Counted from the first letter of the stretch, positions 15,801 to 24,785 are shown. The stretch is 32,000 nt of DNA from Pirellula staleyi DSM 6068 (GCA_000025185.1 CP001848.1:2340001-2372000), one strand, 5' to 3'. The notes: generated by a model not told the origin, from the sequence alone. Numbers and translations are program-made.

Positions 15801-15894
15801 GCTCGAGCCGTTTGTGAACCACGAGCATATCAGCGTCCGCTCGAGCGCCACTCGCCTCGTCGCCAAGCTCAAAGAGCGTGCCGGAATAAAATAG
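12844..15894 (+). CDS. Membrane-anchored multidomain protein: N-terminal zinc ribbon, Pro-rich linkers, TM helix, trypsin-like (S1, HtrA/DegP-type) serine protease domain, unknown middle region, C-terminal HEAT repeats
   Basis: An ATG at 12844 gives MSHLSITCPHCKS...VQCPKCRAAF (CxxC...CxxC); an alternative ATG is at 12808. The TM helix GLIIAAIAGCAVLGIVLITVVVVSS is at ~13360-13434. The catalytic triad sits in canonical contexts: TCAHVV (His codon 13963-13965), RDLAVLRI (Asp codon 14050-14052) and GNSGGP (Ser codon 14269-14271). The C-terminus has HEAT/PBS-lyase-like repeats (SVRSAAIRAVAKWG, TRWGAINALGDIGG, ISVRSSATRLVAKL). Confidence 0.85.
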   Translation: MSHLSITCPHCKSNLPVRYMPAAGTQVQCPKCRAAFAVQPPKPTVAPGDLLGASSVAVVPSAPVPAAPVQATLVPPKPVARPATTPAAGAPYAPIVPPALQPPPAAQTGYAQPSYGQPGYGQAPYAAAPAPLQVPAAYGVPAGSYAPVAPQGYDPLQKPALAPPATVPGSKTGLIIAAIAGCAVLGIVLITVVVVSSMGGKKDPALAASGTSSPYGATSGYQPAPTPGVGGAVPSPFTSGIPAPNGSTPVPPQPVPGIPAPIPAVSATAPPPPPPVGTTASGIVPGAGPVAKGLATVSTEPASAYRFEPGKMAHYTFSIDAPAQGAKSFGAIYFRTDELAQAEIERKARSVDEVTGTGTAFVVHRDGLLVTCAHVVEGAKSIEVKFGTESYVGELVAIDSVRDLAVLRIDARNLTELPMGDSSTLELAEEVRAVGFPLASQLGESIKITRGTLSGRVSEPSGELLQIDAPINPGNSGGPLVDEKGNFVGVCSSGLVGEQISNVGFACPSADVMKMLNKLNVSLVSTLRTDSLTGPRLARLVTPSVALVKVKSSDASGAQAIEYSGYLADQTRIGPGLRREETSKLILSHAGEVLASKGSLELPHHHGLLGNLIFHQLGTRGERKWDTRRVTTVTVTQSRSVFPPGFPGGMPGGFGPRGIPGGSSQIVLPALERSSYELVTEGDELKVKKEYAFVVLGGDMNAEEPDPMLGVSGSGEFIFDTKQGLPKLMTFDTQVMTKLGSGPPQYPTKLTWQLKEVVPTSTGNLPTQPQPDLASSTTPSVPVPAPVPFPAVPNIPSPAPPPDFGATRPAEAPTAKRETDPKKVDEIIVALESADDSFAAKFLPVSQLSMMEPIDSKRDKVATLLDRLLTTKQQSVRSAAIRAVAKWGTQRNIPTLMRLCDELDLGTRWGAINALGDIGGDAESAAKVATLMGDQNDMLTAANALKKMGTFAEEPVWKHLQPDNVQLFLQATHVLDEVGTARSITALEPFVNHEHISVRSSATRLVAKLKERAGIK

Positions 15895-15935
15895 CCCGCG
15901 CTGATACCAACACTCCCTCTCGGCTCTTTTTTGGC

Positions 15936-16898
15936 TTACTTCACTCGCGTCATTTCAAACAGGTTCGTGGCTTGAGGACCTAAAAAGCCCTCGAAGCGAA
16001 CCTGTTTTCCTGTTTGCGGATCGAGATAAGCGTTCCGCTCGGCGAGTTCGAAGTAGGCGTATGTCCACGGCATCGATGTGAGCTTACCGCTCTCCATCAC
16101 CGACACCTCAGTCGGCACAGCTTCGGTTGCCGACTGTCGCAACTTGCTGCCAGCTTCGCCTTCGATCTCTGGCTTCATCGGTACCCCCGCTGCTGCGAGG
16201 GCATCGATCGTTTTCTCGAGGCTGTCGAGCCCGAACACTCCATGCGAATTCACGAGCGATGTGAAATGGTTCACCGCATAGCCGTGCACCATCACCCACG
16301 CGGCATACTGGCTCGTTCGATTCATCTCCACGACATCCGCCCGTTCCGGAACATTCCAAGGTAGCTCTGTGAAAATCTTCGTTACGTTCTCCAGCAGCGA
16401 GGGAGCGAAGTCGCTCTGTTGATCGAGCTGAGCAAGTTGCGCGAGGAGTTCGAGCGCCACCGGTTCGCGGTGCGACTTCACTGTGCGAGTGATGATGGTT
16501 TGTCTATCAGCGGGGAGCATCCAGCTGCAAAATTCCGAAACAAAAAGCTTGGGAAACTGCGGATGGGAATGGGCCAGGTGAATGGCCGAGAGATGTTTGT
16601 CGGCGAAGTAGTAGTTGCCAGCAGCGCGATAGCCCAAAGCCTCGAACACCCGCGCGATCGAAGCGATTCCCGCCATAGGCGTTTGCGAAGCGATGGTGCG
16701 AAACGCGATATGATCGTTGAAGAAGGTGGCTCCCGACTGAGCCACGATTTGTTCGTAGGTTTGCACATACGAAACACGTTTGCGGTATTCATCCCACAAG
16801 CGATCAAAGAGCGCTGCCAAAAACTTCTCGCGCGTGGTCGAGAGTGGGAGTCTGCCGTGAGGTTGTTCCGAAGGCTTCATCGCGCTAGTGATCGACAT
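15936..16898 (-). CDS. hglS: DUF1338 / VOC-superfamily enzyme, HglS (YdcJ)-like 2-oxoadipate dioxygenase/decarboxylase
   Basis: DUF1338-style motifs are FFNDHIAFRT, HLAHSHP, VNHFTSLV and FEGFLGPQATNLFEMT. The track ORF starts at 16976. I prefer ATG 16898 (MSITSAMKPSEQ), which has GAGGAA ~12 nt upstream. Confidence 0.7.
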   Translation of the reverse strand: MSITSAMKPSEQPHGRLPLSTTREKFLAALFDRLWDEYRKRVSYVQTYEQIVAQSGATFFNDHIAFRTIASQTPMAGIASIARVFEALGYRAAGNYYFADKHLSAIHLAHSHPQFPKLFVSEFCSWMLPADRQTIITRTVKSHREPVALELLAQLAQLDQQSDFAPSLLENVTKIFTELPWNVPERADVVEMNRTSQYAAWVMVHGYAVNHFTSLVNSHGVFGLDSLEKTIDALAAAGVPMKPEIEGEAGSKLRQSATEAVPTEVSVMESGKLTSMPWTYAYFELAERNAYLDPQTGKQVRFEGFLGPQATNLFEMTRVK

Positions 16899-17224
16899 GA
16901 CTGGGTTCCTCGGAGAGTGAGGTACAAGCATTCGCTGGACGCGTCGGCTGATGGGGCCGGAGTCTGAGGATCGCATCTACTGGTCGCAAAAATTCCCTTG
17001 CAACGACAGCATCCCAGCGACAGTGCTTGGAATCGCTGTCCGAAAAACTTGCCCACAATCGATTCTACCGTACGATTCAAGAGGATCGTTTCATTTTCGA
17101 TGGTTGGCCCTGCGCGCTGTGTGTCAGGAGCATGCCAGCCGAACCTCTGTAATTTTTGGAATAAACAGCGCGGCCACAGCGGGATCCGCACCCCATGTAG
17201 TTCGATTTGGAAAGGATGCAGCTC

Positions 17225-18565
17225 ATGCACGCACCACCCCTGGCTCAACTCGAGCCCTCGATCATTACGTCTCTGCCAGGTCCTCGCGCCGCCGAACTAA
17301 TCGCCCGCGACGAGCGTGCCACTTCTTCTTCCTACACACGTGTCTATCCGCTGGTGGTTGATCGTGCTCGCGGCGCCATGATGCAGGATGTCGACGGAAA
17401 TCGCTTTCTCGATTTCACGGCGGGCATTGCGGTCTGCAGTACAGGGCATTGTCACCCCCGTGTTGTGGAAGCGATCACCGAGCAGGCGTCGCGTCTGCTC
17501 CACATGTCGGGGACCGATTTCTACTACGAGGTGCAAGGAACACTTGCAAATCGGTTGGCTGCTTTATTGCCCAATGGTGAGAACAACCGGGTCTTCTTCA
17601 CCAATAGTGGAGCAGAAGCGGTGGAGGCGGCGATCAAACTCGCTCGCTACCACACGAAGCGGACGCAAATGATTGCTTTCTTCGGCGGATTTCATGGACG
17701 AACACTCGGAGCCTTGTCGCTCACCGGCAGTAAGGTGATTCAGCGTGCCGGTTTTGGACCGCTTGTTCCTGGGGTGCATCACATCGAGTATCCGAGCTGC
17801 TATCGCTGTGTGCGCCGCACTGCCGATGCCTCGCTCTGCTGTGGTAAATCGCTTGAGCAGCTCGAGCAACTCTTTGCGCGCACCGTCGCGCCGACAGAAG
17901 TTGCGGCAGTAGTGGTGGAGCCGATTCAAGGCGAAGGTGGCTACGTAGTTCCCCCAGCTCATTTCCTCCGCGACCTGCGCGACATCACCCGCCAGCATGG
18001 CATCTTGCTCATCGCCGACGAAGTTCAGTCGGGAATGGGACGAACTGGCAAGATGCTCGCGATGGAACATTTTGGAGTCACGCCCGATATTGTTTGCCTA
18101 GCGAAAGGAATTGCCTCGGGACTGCCACTCGGCGCGATCGTGGCGAGTCAGCAGGTGATGAACTGGCCCCCTGGCTCGCACGCCAGCACGTTTGGGGGCA
18201 ATCCGCTGTCGTGTGCAGCTGCACTGGCAACCCTCGATCTACTCGAGGAATCGCTACTGCAAAATGCCACCGATGTCGGCGAGTATCTGCGGGCAAAACT
18301 CTCGGAACTGGCGAGCGAGTTTGCCATCATTGGTGATGTGAGAGGAATCGGGCTGATGATCGGCATGCAACTGGTCGAGAATCGTGAGTCGCGCTTGCCG
18401 ATTCCCAAAGTGCGCGATGCGGTGGTGCAAGGGGCGTTTCAGCGAGGGCTCTTGCTCCTGGGGTGCGGAGACTCGACGATTCGCTTCTCTCCTCCGCTGG
18501 TGATTACACGTCGGCAGGTCGATATCGCAATCGAGATCTTGCGCGATGTGCTGCTGCATCTGTAG
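17225..18565 (+). CDS. Class III (PLP fold type I) aminotransferase, GabT/DavT/2-aminoadipate aminotransferase-like
   Basis: [52 protein letters not shown] and the PLP-Lys context [16 protein letters not shown] align along E. coli GabT. Candidate starts are TTG 17207, ATG 17216 and ATG 17225. GGAAAGGA lies 8 nt upstream of 17225. Confidence 0.85.
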   Translation: MHAPPLAQLEPSIITSLPGPRAAELIARDERATSSSYTRVYPLVVDRARGAMMQDVDGNRFLDFTAGIAVCSTGHCHPRVVEAITEQASRLLHMSGTDFYYEVQGTLANRLAALLPNGENNRVFFTNSGAEAVEAAIKLARYHTKRTQMIAFFGGFHGRTLGALSLTGSKVIQRAGFGPLVPGVHHIEYPSCYRCVRRTADASLCCGKSLEQLEQLFARTVAPTEVAAVVVEPIQGEGGYVVPPAHFLRDLRDITRQHGILLIADEVQSGMGRTGKMLAMEHFGVTPDIVCLAKGIASGLPLGAIVASQQVMNWPPGSHASTFGGNPLSCAAALATLDLLEESLLQNATDVGEYLRAKLSELASEFAIIGDVRGIGLMIGMQLVENRESRLPIPKVRDAVVQGAFQRGLLLLGCGDSTIRFSPPLVITRRQVDIAIEILRDVLLHL

Positions 18566-18600
18566 TCAGCCTTGTGCCCTGCCAGACCTCTTGAGAAAGC

Positions 18601-20151
18601 ATGAAAACAATGACCACCACCGCCCAACTGCTCGAACAAGCGGTCGCGGCGCTCGAACTGCGACCGAGCGGCGCGAGCTACAGCGGAAGCTTTGCGCGCG
18701 ACTGGATGCAGCATGCTCGCCGCGAAACAATCGTGAAACATTCTCCGGCCGACGACTCGCCTCTTGCGGCCATTTCACTAAGTTCGCTCGACGATCTCCA
18801 GCAGTCGATCGATGCCTCAGTAGAAGCGTTTGATCGTCTGCGAAGTATGCCAGCTCCTGCGCGAGGGGGAATTGTCCGCGAGATCGGAAATCAACTGCGG
18901 CTTCACAAAGAATCGCTGGCGTTGCTTGTCACCCTCGAAGCGGGGAAGATCACCAGCGAAGCACGCGGGGAAGTGCAGGAAATGATCGACATGGCCGACT
19001 ACGCGGTCGGTCTTTCGCGGCAACTTTGCGGTCTGACGATTGCGAGCGAACGCCCCGACCATCGACTCCTCGAGCAGTGGCATCCACTCGGTCCGATCGG
19101 TGTCATCACAGCGTTCAACTTTCCTGTTGCCGTGTGGGCGTGGAACGCGATGCTGGCCCTTGTCTGCGGCGATCCTGTGGTTTGGAAGCCGTCCCCCATC
19201 ACACCACTCTGCTCGATTGCAGTGCAGCAGATCGTCGCCAAAGTGCTCGCACAGCATGATCTTGCTGGAGCATCGACCTTGGCTCTTGGCGGAGCTGATC
19301 TCGGTATGAAACTGGCCAGCGATGAGCGGCTGCCGCTGATTTCCGCGACCGGTAGCACCGAGATGGGGCGAAGTGTCGCCGCGACGGTGGCCATGCGACT
19401 CGGCCGATCGCTCCTGGAACTTGGCGGTAACAACGGACTGGTGGTCGCACCGTCGGCAACGCTCGATCTTGCTCGCCGCGCGATTCTGTTTGCTGCGGTT
19501 GGAACGGCGGGACAGCGCTGCACGTCGCTGCGGCGACTGATTGTTCATCGGTCGATTGAGGCTGAGCTTGTCTCCTCGCTAGTCGAGGCGTATCGATCGA
19601 TTCGCATCGGTAATCCGTGGGAGGAAGGTGTTCTCGTCGGACCGCTCGTGAACCAGGCGGCTGTCGATAGCTACCTCCAAGCGATCGAAGATGCGCGGCG
19701 CGAAGGGGGGGAAGTGCTTGTTGGGGGATCGCACCTGCATCGGCCGGGTAATTATGTGGAGCCCACCATCATTCGCATGCCAGCGCAAACATCGGTGATG
19801 CTCCGCGAGACCTTCGCGCCGATTTTGTATGTCGTCGGCTATGAGGAACTCGAGGAGGCGATTGAAATTCACAATGGAGTGCCGCAGGGACTTGCCAGTA
19901 GCATCTTCACTAGTGATTTGCGCGAGGCTGAAAGGTTCTTGTCGTCGCGCGGAAGCGATTGTGGGATCGCGAACGTCAACATCGGCACTAGCGGCGCAGA
20001 GATCGGCGGCGCTTTCGGCGGCGAAAAGGAAACGGGTGGCGGACGCGAAGCAGGGAGCGACAGTTGGAAGGCTTACATGCGTCGCCAAACCTGCACGATC
20101 AACTACGGCACCACGTTGCCACTGGCCCAGGGGGTCGAGTTCGATCTGTAG
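18601..20151 (+). CDS. amaB: ALDH7-type aldehyde dehydrogenase (alpha-aminoadipic semialdehyde / piperideine-6-carboxylate dehydrogenase, AmaB/Pcd-like)
   Basis: 516 aa. General ALDH motifs are LELGGNN and the catalytic Cys in GTAGQRCTSLRR. The C-terminal block GAEIGGAFGGEKETGGGREAGSDSWKAYMRRQTCTINYGTTLPLAQGVEF is the antiquitin (ALDH7) signature as I know it. It starts 36 bp downstream of the aminotransferase. Confidence 0.8.
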   Translation: MKTMTTTAQLLEQAVAALELRPSGASYSGSFARDWMQHARRETIVKHSPADDSPLAAISLSSLDDLQQSIDASVEAFDRLRSMPAPARGGIVREIGNQLRLHKESLALLVTLEAGKITSEARGEVQEMIDMADYAVGLSRQLCGLTIASERPDHRLLEQWHPLGPIGVITAFNFPVAVWAWNAMLALVCGDPVVWKPSPITPLCSIAVQQIVAKVLAQHDLAGASTLALGGADLGMKLASDERLPLISATGSTEMGRSVAATVAMRLGRSLLELGGNNGLVVAPSATLDLARRAILFAAVGTAGQRCTSLRRLIVHRSIEAELVSSLVEAYRSIRIGNPWEEGVLVGPLVNQAAVDSYLQAIEDARREGGEVLVGGSHLHRPGNYVEPTIIRMPAQTSVMLRETFAPILYVVGYEELEEAIEIHNGVPQGLASSIFTSDLREAERFLSSRGSDCGIANVNIGTSGAEIGGAFGGEKETGGGREAGSDSWKAYMRRQTCTINYGTTLPLAQGVEFDL

Positions 20152-20174
20152 TTGTTTCGGGCGAATAGCGCACG

Positions 20175-20216
20175 AAAAAGCCCGAGCTTTTGACGACTCG
20201 GGCTTCGATGTTTTTG
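20175..20216. terminator. Bidirectional rho-independent terminator between convergent amaB-like and speA
   Basis: The stem is AAGCCCGAG (20178-20186) / CTCGGGCTT (20197-20205). A5 upstream gives a U-run for the minus-strand (speA) transcript. A T5 at 20211-20215 serves the + strand. Confidence 0.65.
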
Positions 20217-20273
20217 ATCCGCGATTTTAATTCGCCGCAGCGGGGTGATTTCGCATCGAAGAATTGTGTGGGA

Positions 20274-22196
20274 TCAGTCACCTGGCTCTTCGAGGTAGGT
20301 ATAGCCGTTCAGGCCATCCTCGTAGAACTTCAGGAAGCGTCCCGCTTCTTGGTAGTCGAGCAGGCCTTCACGGACAGCGGTTTCAACAGCGGTTTGCAGC
20401 CGCGTGATCAGGTCGCCGTGATCAAATTCCACGTAATCGAGCACTTCGCGAACGGTATCACCTTTGACGATTGCTTCGAGGATCACATCGCCGTTGGGGC
20501 TTAGATCGACGTGCACCGTGTTGGTGTCGCCGAACAGGTTGTGCAGGTCACCGAGAATCTCTTGATAGGCTCCGATGAGGAACGTACCGAGGTAGTACGG
20601 TGAACCATCATAGGCGTGCAGCGGCAAGGTTCGTTTGACGTCGCGGCGGTCGATGAACTGGTCCATCTTGCCATCGCTATCGCACGTGATATCACCGAGC
20701 ACGGCATGCTTTGTCGGCTTTTCTTCAAGGCGATGGATCGGCATCACCGGGAAGAGCTGCTTGATTGCCCAGCTATCGGGCATCGACTGAAAGAGCGAGA
20801 AGTTGCAGAAATACGTGTCGCTGAGCAGGTGATCGAGCCCTTCGAGTTCCTCGGGAATGTAGTCGAGGTTCGCGGTCAGGCGGCGGATCTTTTTGCAGAT
20901 CGACCAGAACAGATTTTCAGCCAGCGCGCGAGATTCGAGCGACAAATAGCCGCTGCTGAACAGCGTCATGGCGACATCCATCGCTTGCATCGAGTCGTGG
21001 TAGGTCTCGAGCAAGTTGCGAGCGGTCACACTTTTGTGCGCTTCGACCAGGTCGACGAGTGGCTGTTCGCTATCGGGAGGGAGTTCGAGGAGCGATTGCT
21101 CGTCGCCGTTGCCTTGGCCTGCTACGCCCAGCACGCCAAAGATCAGGCACGCGTGATATGCAGCAACCGCGCGTCCACTTTCGGAAATGATGTGCGGGTG
21201 TTTTACACCCGATTCATCGAGCACCGTTTGCAAGTGGTGGACGACGTCGTTGGCATACTCTTGCAGCGTGTAGTTCACACTCGATTCGAAGTTGGTTTGG
21301 CTGCCGTCATAGTCGACACCCAGACCACCACCGACGTCGAGGTACTCGAGTCCCGCACCTTTTTTCACCAGATCGGCGTAGGCACGAGCTGCTTCGGTCA
21401 TCGCACCTTTCACATGGCGGATGTTGGTGATTTGGCTGCCGAGGTGGAAGTGGAGCAGCTTGAAGCAGTCGAGCATGTCGCGCTTCTTGAGCTCTTCCAT
21501 CGCTTGCAGGATTTCGCCGACGGTGAGACCGAATTTGCTGCGCCAGCCGCCGCTTGATTGCCAGCGGCCACTGCCACGAGCGGCGAGCTTGATACGCATG
21601 CCGATTTGCGGGCGAACACCCACCTTTTCGGCATATTTGAGGATCAGATCGAGTTCAGTAAACTTTTCGACCACCGGAATCACGTTGCGGCCGATCTTCT
21701 GCGCGAGCATCGCCATTTCGATGAACTCGGCATCTTTGAAGCCGTTGCAAATGATCGGCGTGACGGCGTCGGTCATGGCGACGACGGCGAGCATCTCGGG
21801 CTTGCTACCAGCTTCGAGACCGAAGCCGTACTGCTTGCCATACTGAACCACTTGCTCCACGACGTGGCGCTGCTGATTCACCTTGATTGGGTAAACACAG
21901 ATGTAGCGACCTTTGTAGTCGTGTTCGCGAATGGCTTGCGCGAAGACGTCGTGGATTTCGCGGAGGCGGTCTTTCAGCAGACCATTGAAGCGCAGCAGGA
22001 TCGGAAGATCGAGGCCGCGTAATTGCAGGCGGTCGATCAGATCCTTCATGTCGATCGATTGATTGGGATCTTTCGTGGGATGCACGGTGAGGTGCCCTTT
22101 GGCATTGATGCCAAAGTAGCCTTTGCCCCAGCGCGGCACGTCATAGAGTTCTGCGGCTTCAGAAATCGACCATCGCTCCACAGCGTCCTTCAGCAT
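20274..22196 (-). CDS. speA: Biosynthetic arginine decarboxylase
   Basis: Matches E. coli SpeA end to end. Shared blocks are VYPIKVNQQRHVVEQ, GLEAGSKPE, GSGRWQSSGGWRSKFGL, LLHFHLGSQITNI, FSLFQSMPDSWAIKQLFPVMP, LGDITCDSDG, GAYQEILGDLHNLFGDT and GYTYLEE. The true start is ATG 22196 (MLKDAVERWSI). The 49-codon upstream extension in the track (to 22343) has no homologous counterpart. Confidence 0.95.
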   Translation of the reverse strand: MLKDAVERWSISEAAELYDVPRWGKGYFGINAKGHLTVHPTKDPNQSIDMKDLIDRLQLRGLDLPILLRFNGLLKDRLREIHDVFAQAIREHDYKGRYICVYPIKVNQQRHVVEQVVQYGKQYGFGLEAGSKPEMLAVVAMTDAVTPIICNGFKDAEFIEMAMLAQKIGRNVIPVVEKFTELDLILKYAEKVGVRPQIGMRIKLAARGSGRWQSSGGWRSKFGLTVGEILQAMEELKKRDMLDCFKLLHFHLGSQITNIRHVKGAMTEAARAYADLVKKGAGLEYLDVGGGLGVDYDGSQTNFESSVNYTLQEYANDVVHHLQTVLDESGVKHPHIISESGRAVAAYHACLIFGVLGVAGQGNGDEQSLLELPPDSEQPLVDLVEAHKSVTARNLLETYHDSMQAMDVAMTLFSSGYLSLESRALAENLFWSICKKIRRLTANLDYIPEELEGLDHLLSDTYFCNFSLFQSMPDSWAIKQLFPVMPIHRLEEKPTKHAVLGDITCDSDGKMDQFIDRRDVKRTLPLHAYDGSPYYLGTFLIGAYQEILGDLHNLFGDTNTVHVDLSPNGDVILEAIVKGDTVREVLDYVEFDHGDLITRLQTAVETAVREGLLDYQEAGRFLKFYEDGLNGYTYLEEPGD

Positions 22197-22283
22197 GCTT
22201 ACGTAACCCTTGCTTGTCGAAAAGATCCAAACCAACAGAAGAATCGAAAACGGTCGGAGGAGTGAGCTCGAACCAAGAGTGCC

Positions 22284-22310
22284 ATTATAGGTGTTTGACA
22301 CCGCCCGCAA
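22284..22310 (-). promoter_or_regulatory. Candidate speA promoter (perfect -10)
   Basis: The minus strand reads TTGCGG (22310-22305), a 15-nt spacer (short), then TATAAT (22289-22284). It lies ~88 nt upstream of ATG 22196 and inside the spurious N-terminal extension. Confidence 0.3.
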
Positions 22311-22427
22311 GGAGCATTCGCCAGCCGCGCCCAAAGATTTCACTTCCTAGGGCGTTAGGCGGAGAATTTTGGCAAATGCAGGGAAACCAGCGGGGCTGGC
22401 TCGCGTAAATCGTTCGCTTGCTGCGCT

Positions 22428-23309
22428 CTAAAGGCCAATTTGGGCACGAGCGGCTGCGAGCGTGTTTTGCAGCAGCATAGTGATAGTAAGGGGGCCGACT
22501 CCCTTGGGAACGGGCGTGATGTAGCTGCTGATGGGTGCCACGCTGTCGAAGTCGACGTCGCCGCAAAGCCCTTCCGGCAGGCGATTAATTCCAACGTCGA
22601 TGACAATTGCTCCCGGTTTCACCATGTCGGCTGTCACGAATTTGGGCTTACCGATGGCAGCGATCAGCACGTCGGCCTCGCGAGTCATCGCGGCGAGGTT
22701 CTTGCTTCGGCTATGCAGCAGCGTGACCGTTGCGTTGCAGATCTCGGGGGAGAGGTGCGAATCTTTTTGCGACAGCAGCGTGGCGAGGGGTCGTCCGACG
22801 ATATCGCTTCGTCCGACGATCGCGACATGTTTGCCAGCGACCGAAAGTCCCGTGCGATGCAAGATTTGCAAACAGCCGTGCGGCGTGCAGGGGAGATAGC
22901 GTGGTCGACCTTGGGTAAGGAGCCCCACGTTTTCGGGATGGAAGCAGTCGACATCCTTGAGCGGGTGCACTGCGTCGAGGACGTAGGTGCTGCGAATTTG
23001 CGATGGGAGTGGCAACTGCACCAGAATGCCGCTGATCGCGGGATCGTCGTTGAGCATCGCGATCAGGTCGAGCAGTTCTTCTTCGGAGGTGCTTCCGGCT
23101 AGGCGGTGGAGTTTGCTTTCGATCCCCACCCGTTCGCAGGCGAGGTGCTTGTTTTTAACGTAGACGGCGCTAGCGGGATCATCGCCGACGAGCACAGCGG
23201 CCAGGCAAGGAGCGCGGCCGTTGTTCTGGATGAAGTCAGCCACTTGCTCGGCAATCTCTAGTTCGATTACTCGGCCAATGGCGCGGCCATCAATCACCAC
23301 GTGCGTCAC
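22428..23309 (-). CDS. folD: Bifunctional 5,10-methylenetetrahydrofolate dehydrogenase / methenyl-THF cyclohydrolase
   Basis: 293 aa with a GTG start. FolD blocks are LAAVLVGDDPASAVYVKNK, GILVQLPLP, DVDCFHPENVG, PCTPHGC, VAIVGRSDIVGRPLA, DVLIAAIGKP, VIDVGINR and ITPVPKGVGPLTITML. Confidence 0.95.
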   Translation of the reverse strand: MTHVVIDGRAIGRVIELEIAEQVADFIQNNGRAPCLAAVLVGDDPASAVYVKNKHLACERVGIESKLHRLAGSTSEEELLDLIAMLNDDPAISGILVQLPLPSQIRSTYVLDAVHPLKDVDCFHPENVGLLTQGRPRYLPCTPHGCLQILHRTGLSVAGKHVAIVGRSDIVGRPLATLLSQKDSHLSPEICNATVTLLHSRSKNLAAMTREADVLIAAIGKPKFVTADMVKPGAIVIDVGINRLPEGLCGDVDFDSVAPISSYITPVPKGVGPLTITMLLQNTLAAARAQIGL

Positions 23310-23387
23310 GTTTTGCCTCGGGCTGGTTTTCAGTGGGAGGGAGACCGTTTCGAATCTGAAAATTGTAAAGCGATCGAGCCGATTGCG

Positions 23388-24734
23388 TCAGGGTAGGGGG
23401 GCTTCAGGAACAAGCTCGACGGCGACGATTTTTTCGTCGTCGCGGGCATAGCAGCGCGATCCAGCGAAGGCGGGATGGGCCCATGTTTCTCCGACGATTT
23501 TGGTGCGGCTGATTTCGGTGAAACCATCGGGCCGCAGCTCGACCAGCAGTAGCTCGCCATCGGCATTGAGGGCGATGGCGCGGCTCGAATCGCCGAGCCA
23601 AACGAGCGAGATATGCGGATTTCTTCCTCGAGGTGTGAGTTTATTTTCGTCGGTCCAGACTTTCTCGCCGACATCGATTTTGAAACTCACCACCCCATGC
23701 TGTTTGTCGAGCAAATAGACCTGGCCTGCTTTCACCAGCGGGGGGGACATCAGTCCGCGCAGGAAGCGATTTTCTTCCCACAGGAGTTCGGCCTGATGGG
23801 CTTCGGTGCCGAGTTTGATTGCTTTGCTTCCTTCCCAGTAGCCACACACGAGCACGATCCCTTGATGCACCACCGGAGTAGCGATCGAGACGCCGTAGGT
23901 CACTTTGTACGGCTCTTTCCAAAGGAGTTCACCCGTTTTGATGTCGATGGCGACAATGTGTTCGGGAGTCCAGGCGATCATCGCGCGGCGAGCGGCGTGG
24001 TCGATGACGATCGGCGTTGCGTAGCCTGCGGGATCGTCGTGCGAGCGCCAAATCTCGGCCCCGGTGATGCGATCGTAGGCGACGTAGCAGCCTCCCGGCT
24101 GTTGACCTGCGTGCACGATGGCCATGTTCTCTTCGATCAGCACCGAGGCGGCGAAGCCCCAAATCGGAATCTTGGCGGCATGATCTTTGACAAGATCTTT
24201 TTGCCAGAGGAGTTTGCCAGTGACAGCGTCGGCGCAGGTGAAATGTCCGACGCTGCCGAGCGTGTAAACGCGTCCGTCGTGAAGGGTGGGTGTGCAGCGC
24301 GGTCCTTTGCCGTAGTCGAGATCGCCGTACGGAGCTTCGTACGAGAATTGCCACACCAGCTTGCCAGTCTCGCTATCGAGACAAACGATGCGCTCATTGT
24401 TTCCTGGTTTGCGAGCGTTTTTATCAGCCTGCGATTCTTCTACGGTGCTCTTGTCGTCCGAGGCTGGCTGAAGCCAGGGACGATCCATGGTGTAGAGACG
24501 ATTTCCCACAACCGAGATGCCGCTATAGCCCGGCCCGATCTCGGCCGACCAGGTTTGTTTCAGGCCAGCCTCGGGAAACTTGGAATAGAGATTGGCGGGA
24601 GGATTCCACGAGCCATCGGCTCGCACGCCTCGCCAGCGCGGCCAATCTTCGGCAGAGATCGGCGTGGCGCAAAGGGACGAAATCGCAACTGCTGCGAGCG
24701 AGAGAAGCGAGAGCAACTGCTGGCGCGACGTCAT
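23388..24734 (-). CDS. Secreted PQQ-like beta-propeller repeat protein (BamB/PQQ_2-type)
   Basis: The signal peptide is MTSRQQLLSLLSLAAVAISSLCATPISA, followed by EDWPRWRG. There are repeated propeller blades with G..Y..D...G...W motifs (e.g. GNRLYTMD, CLDSETGKLVWQ, GRVYTLG, CADAVTGKLLWQ, AIDIKTGELLWK). Confidence 0.8.
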   Translation of the reverse strand: MTSRQQLLSLLSLAAVAISSLCATPISAEDWPRWRGVRADGSWNPPANLYSKFPEAGLKQTWSAEIGPGYSGISVVGNRLYTMDRPWLQPASDDKSTVEESQADKNARKPGNNERIVCLDSETGKLVWQFSYEAPYGDLDYGKGPRCTPTLHDGRVYTLGSVGHFTCADAVTGKLLWQKDLVKDHAAKIPIWGFAASVLIEENMAIVHAGQQPGGCYVAYDRITGAEIWRSHDDPAGYATPIVIDHAARRAMIAWTPEHIVAIDIKTGELLWKEPYKVTYGVSIATPVVHQGIVLVCGYWEGSKAIKLGTEAHQAELLWEENRFLRGLMSPPLVKAGQVYLLDKQHGVVSFKIDVGEKVWTDENKLTPRGRNPHISLVWLGDSSRAIALNADGELLLVELRPDGFTEISRTKIVGETWAHPAFAGSRCYARDDEKIVAVELVPEAPLP

Positions 24735-24785
24735 CGGCGAAACCTCGGCAAGAGTGTGGGGTGGGAGCCGAGGCGCGAAAAAGAG

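Noticed and set aside
22197-22343. 49-codon N-terminal extension of speA in the ORF track
   Set aside because: SpeA homology starts at MLKDAVERWSI (ATG 22196). The extension contains a perfect TATAAT and has no counterpart in SpeA.
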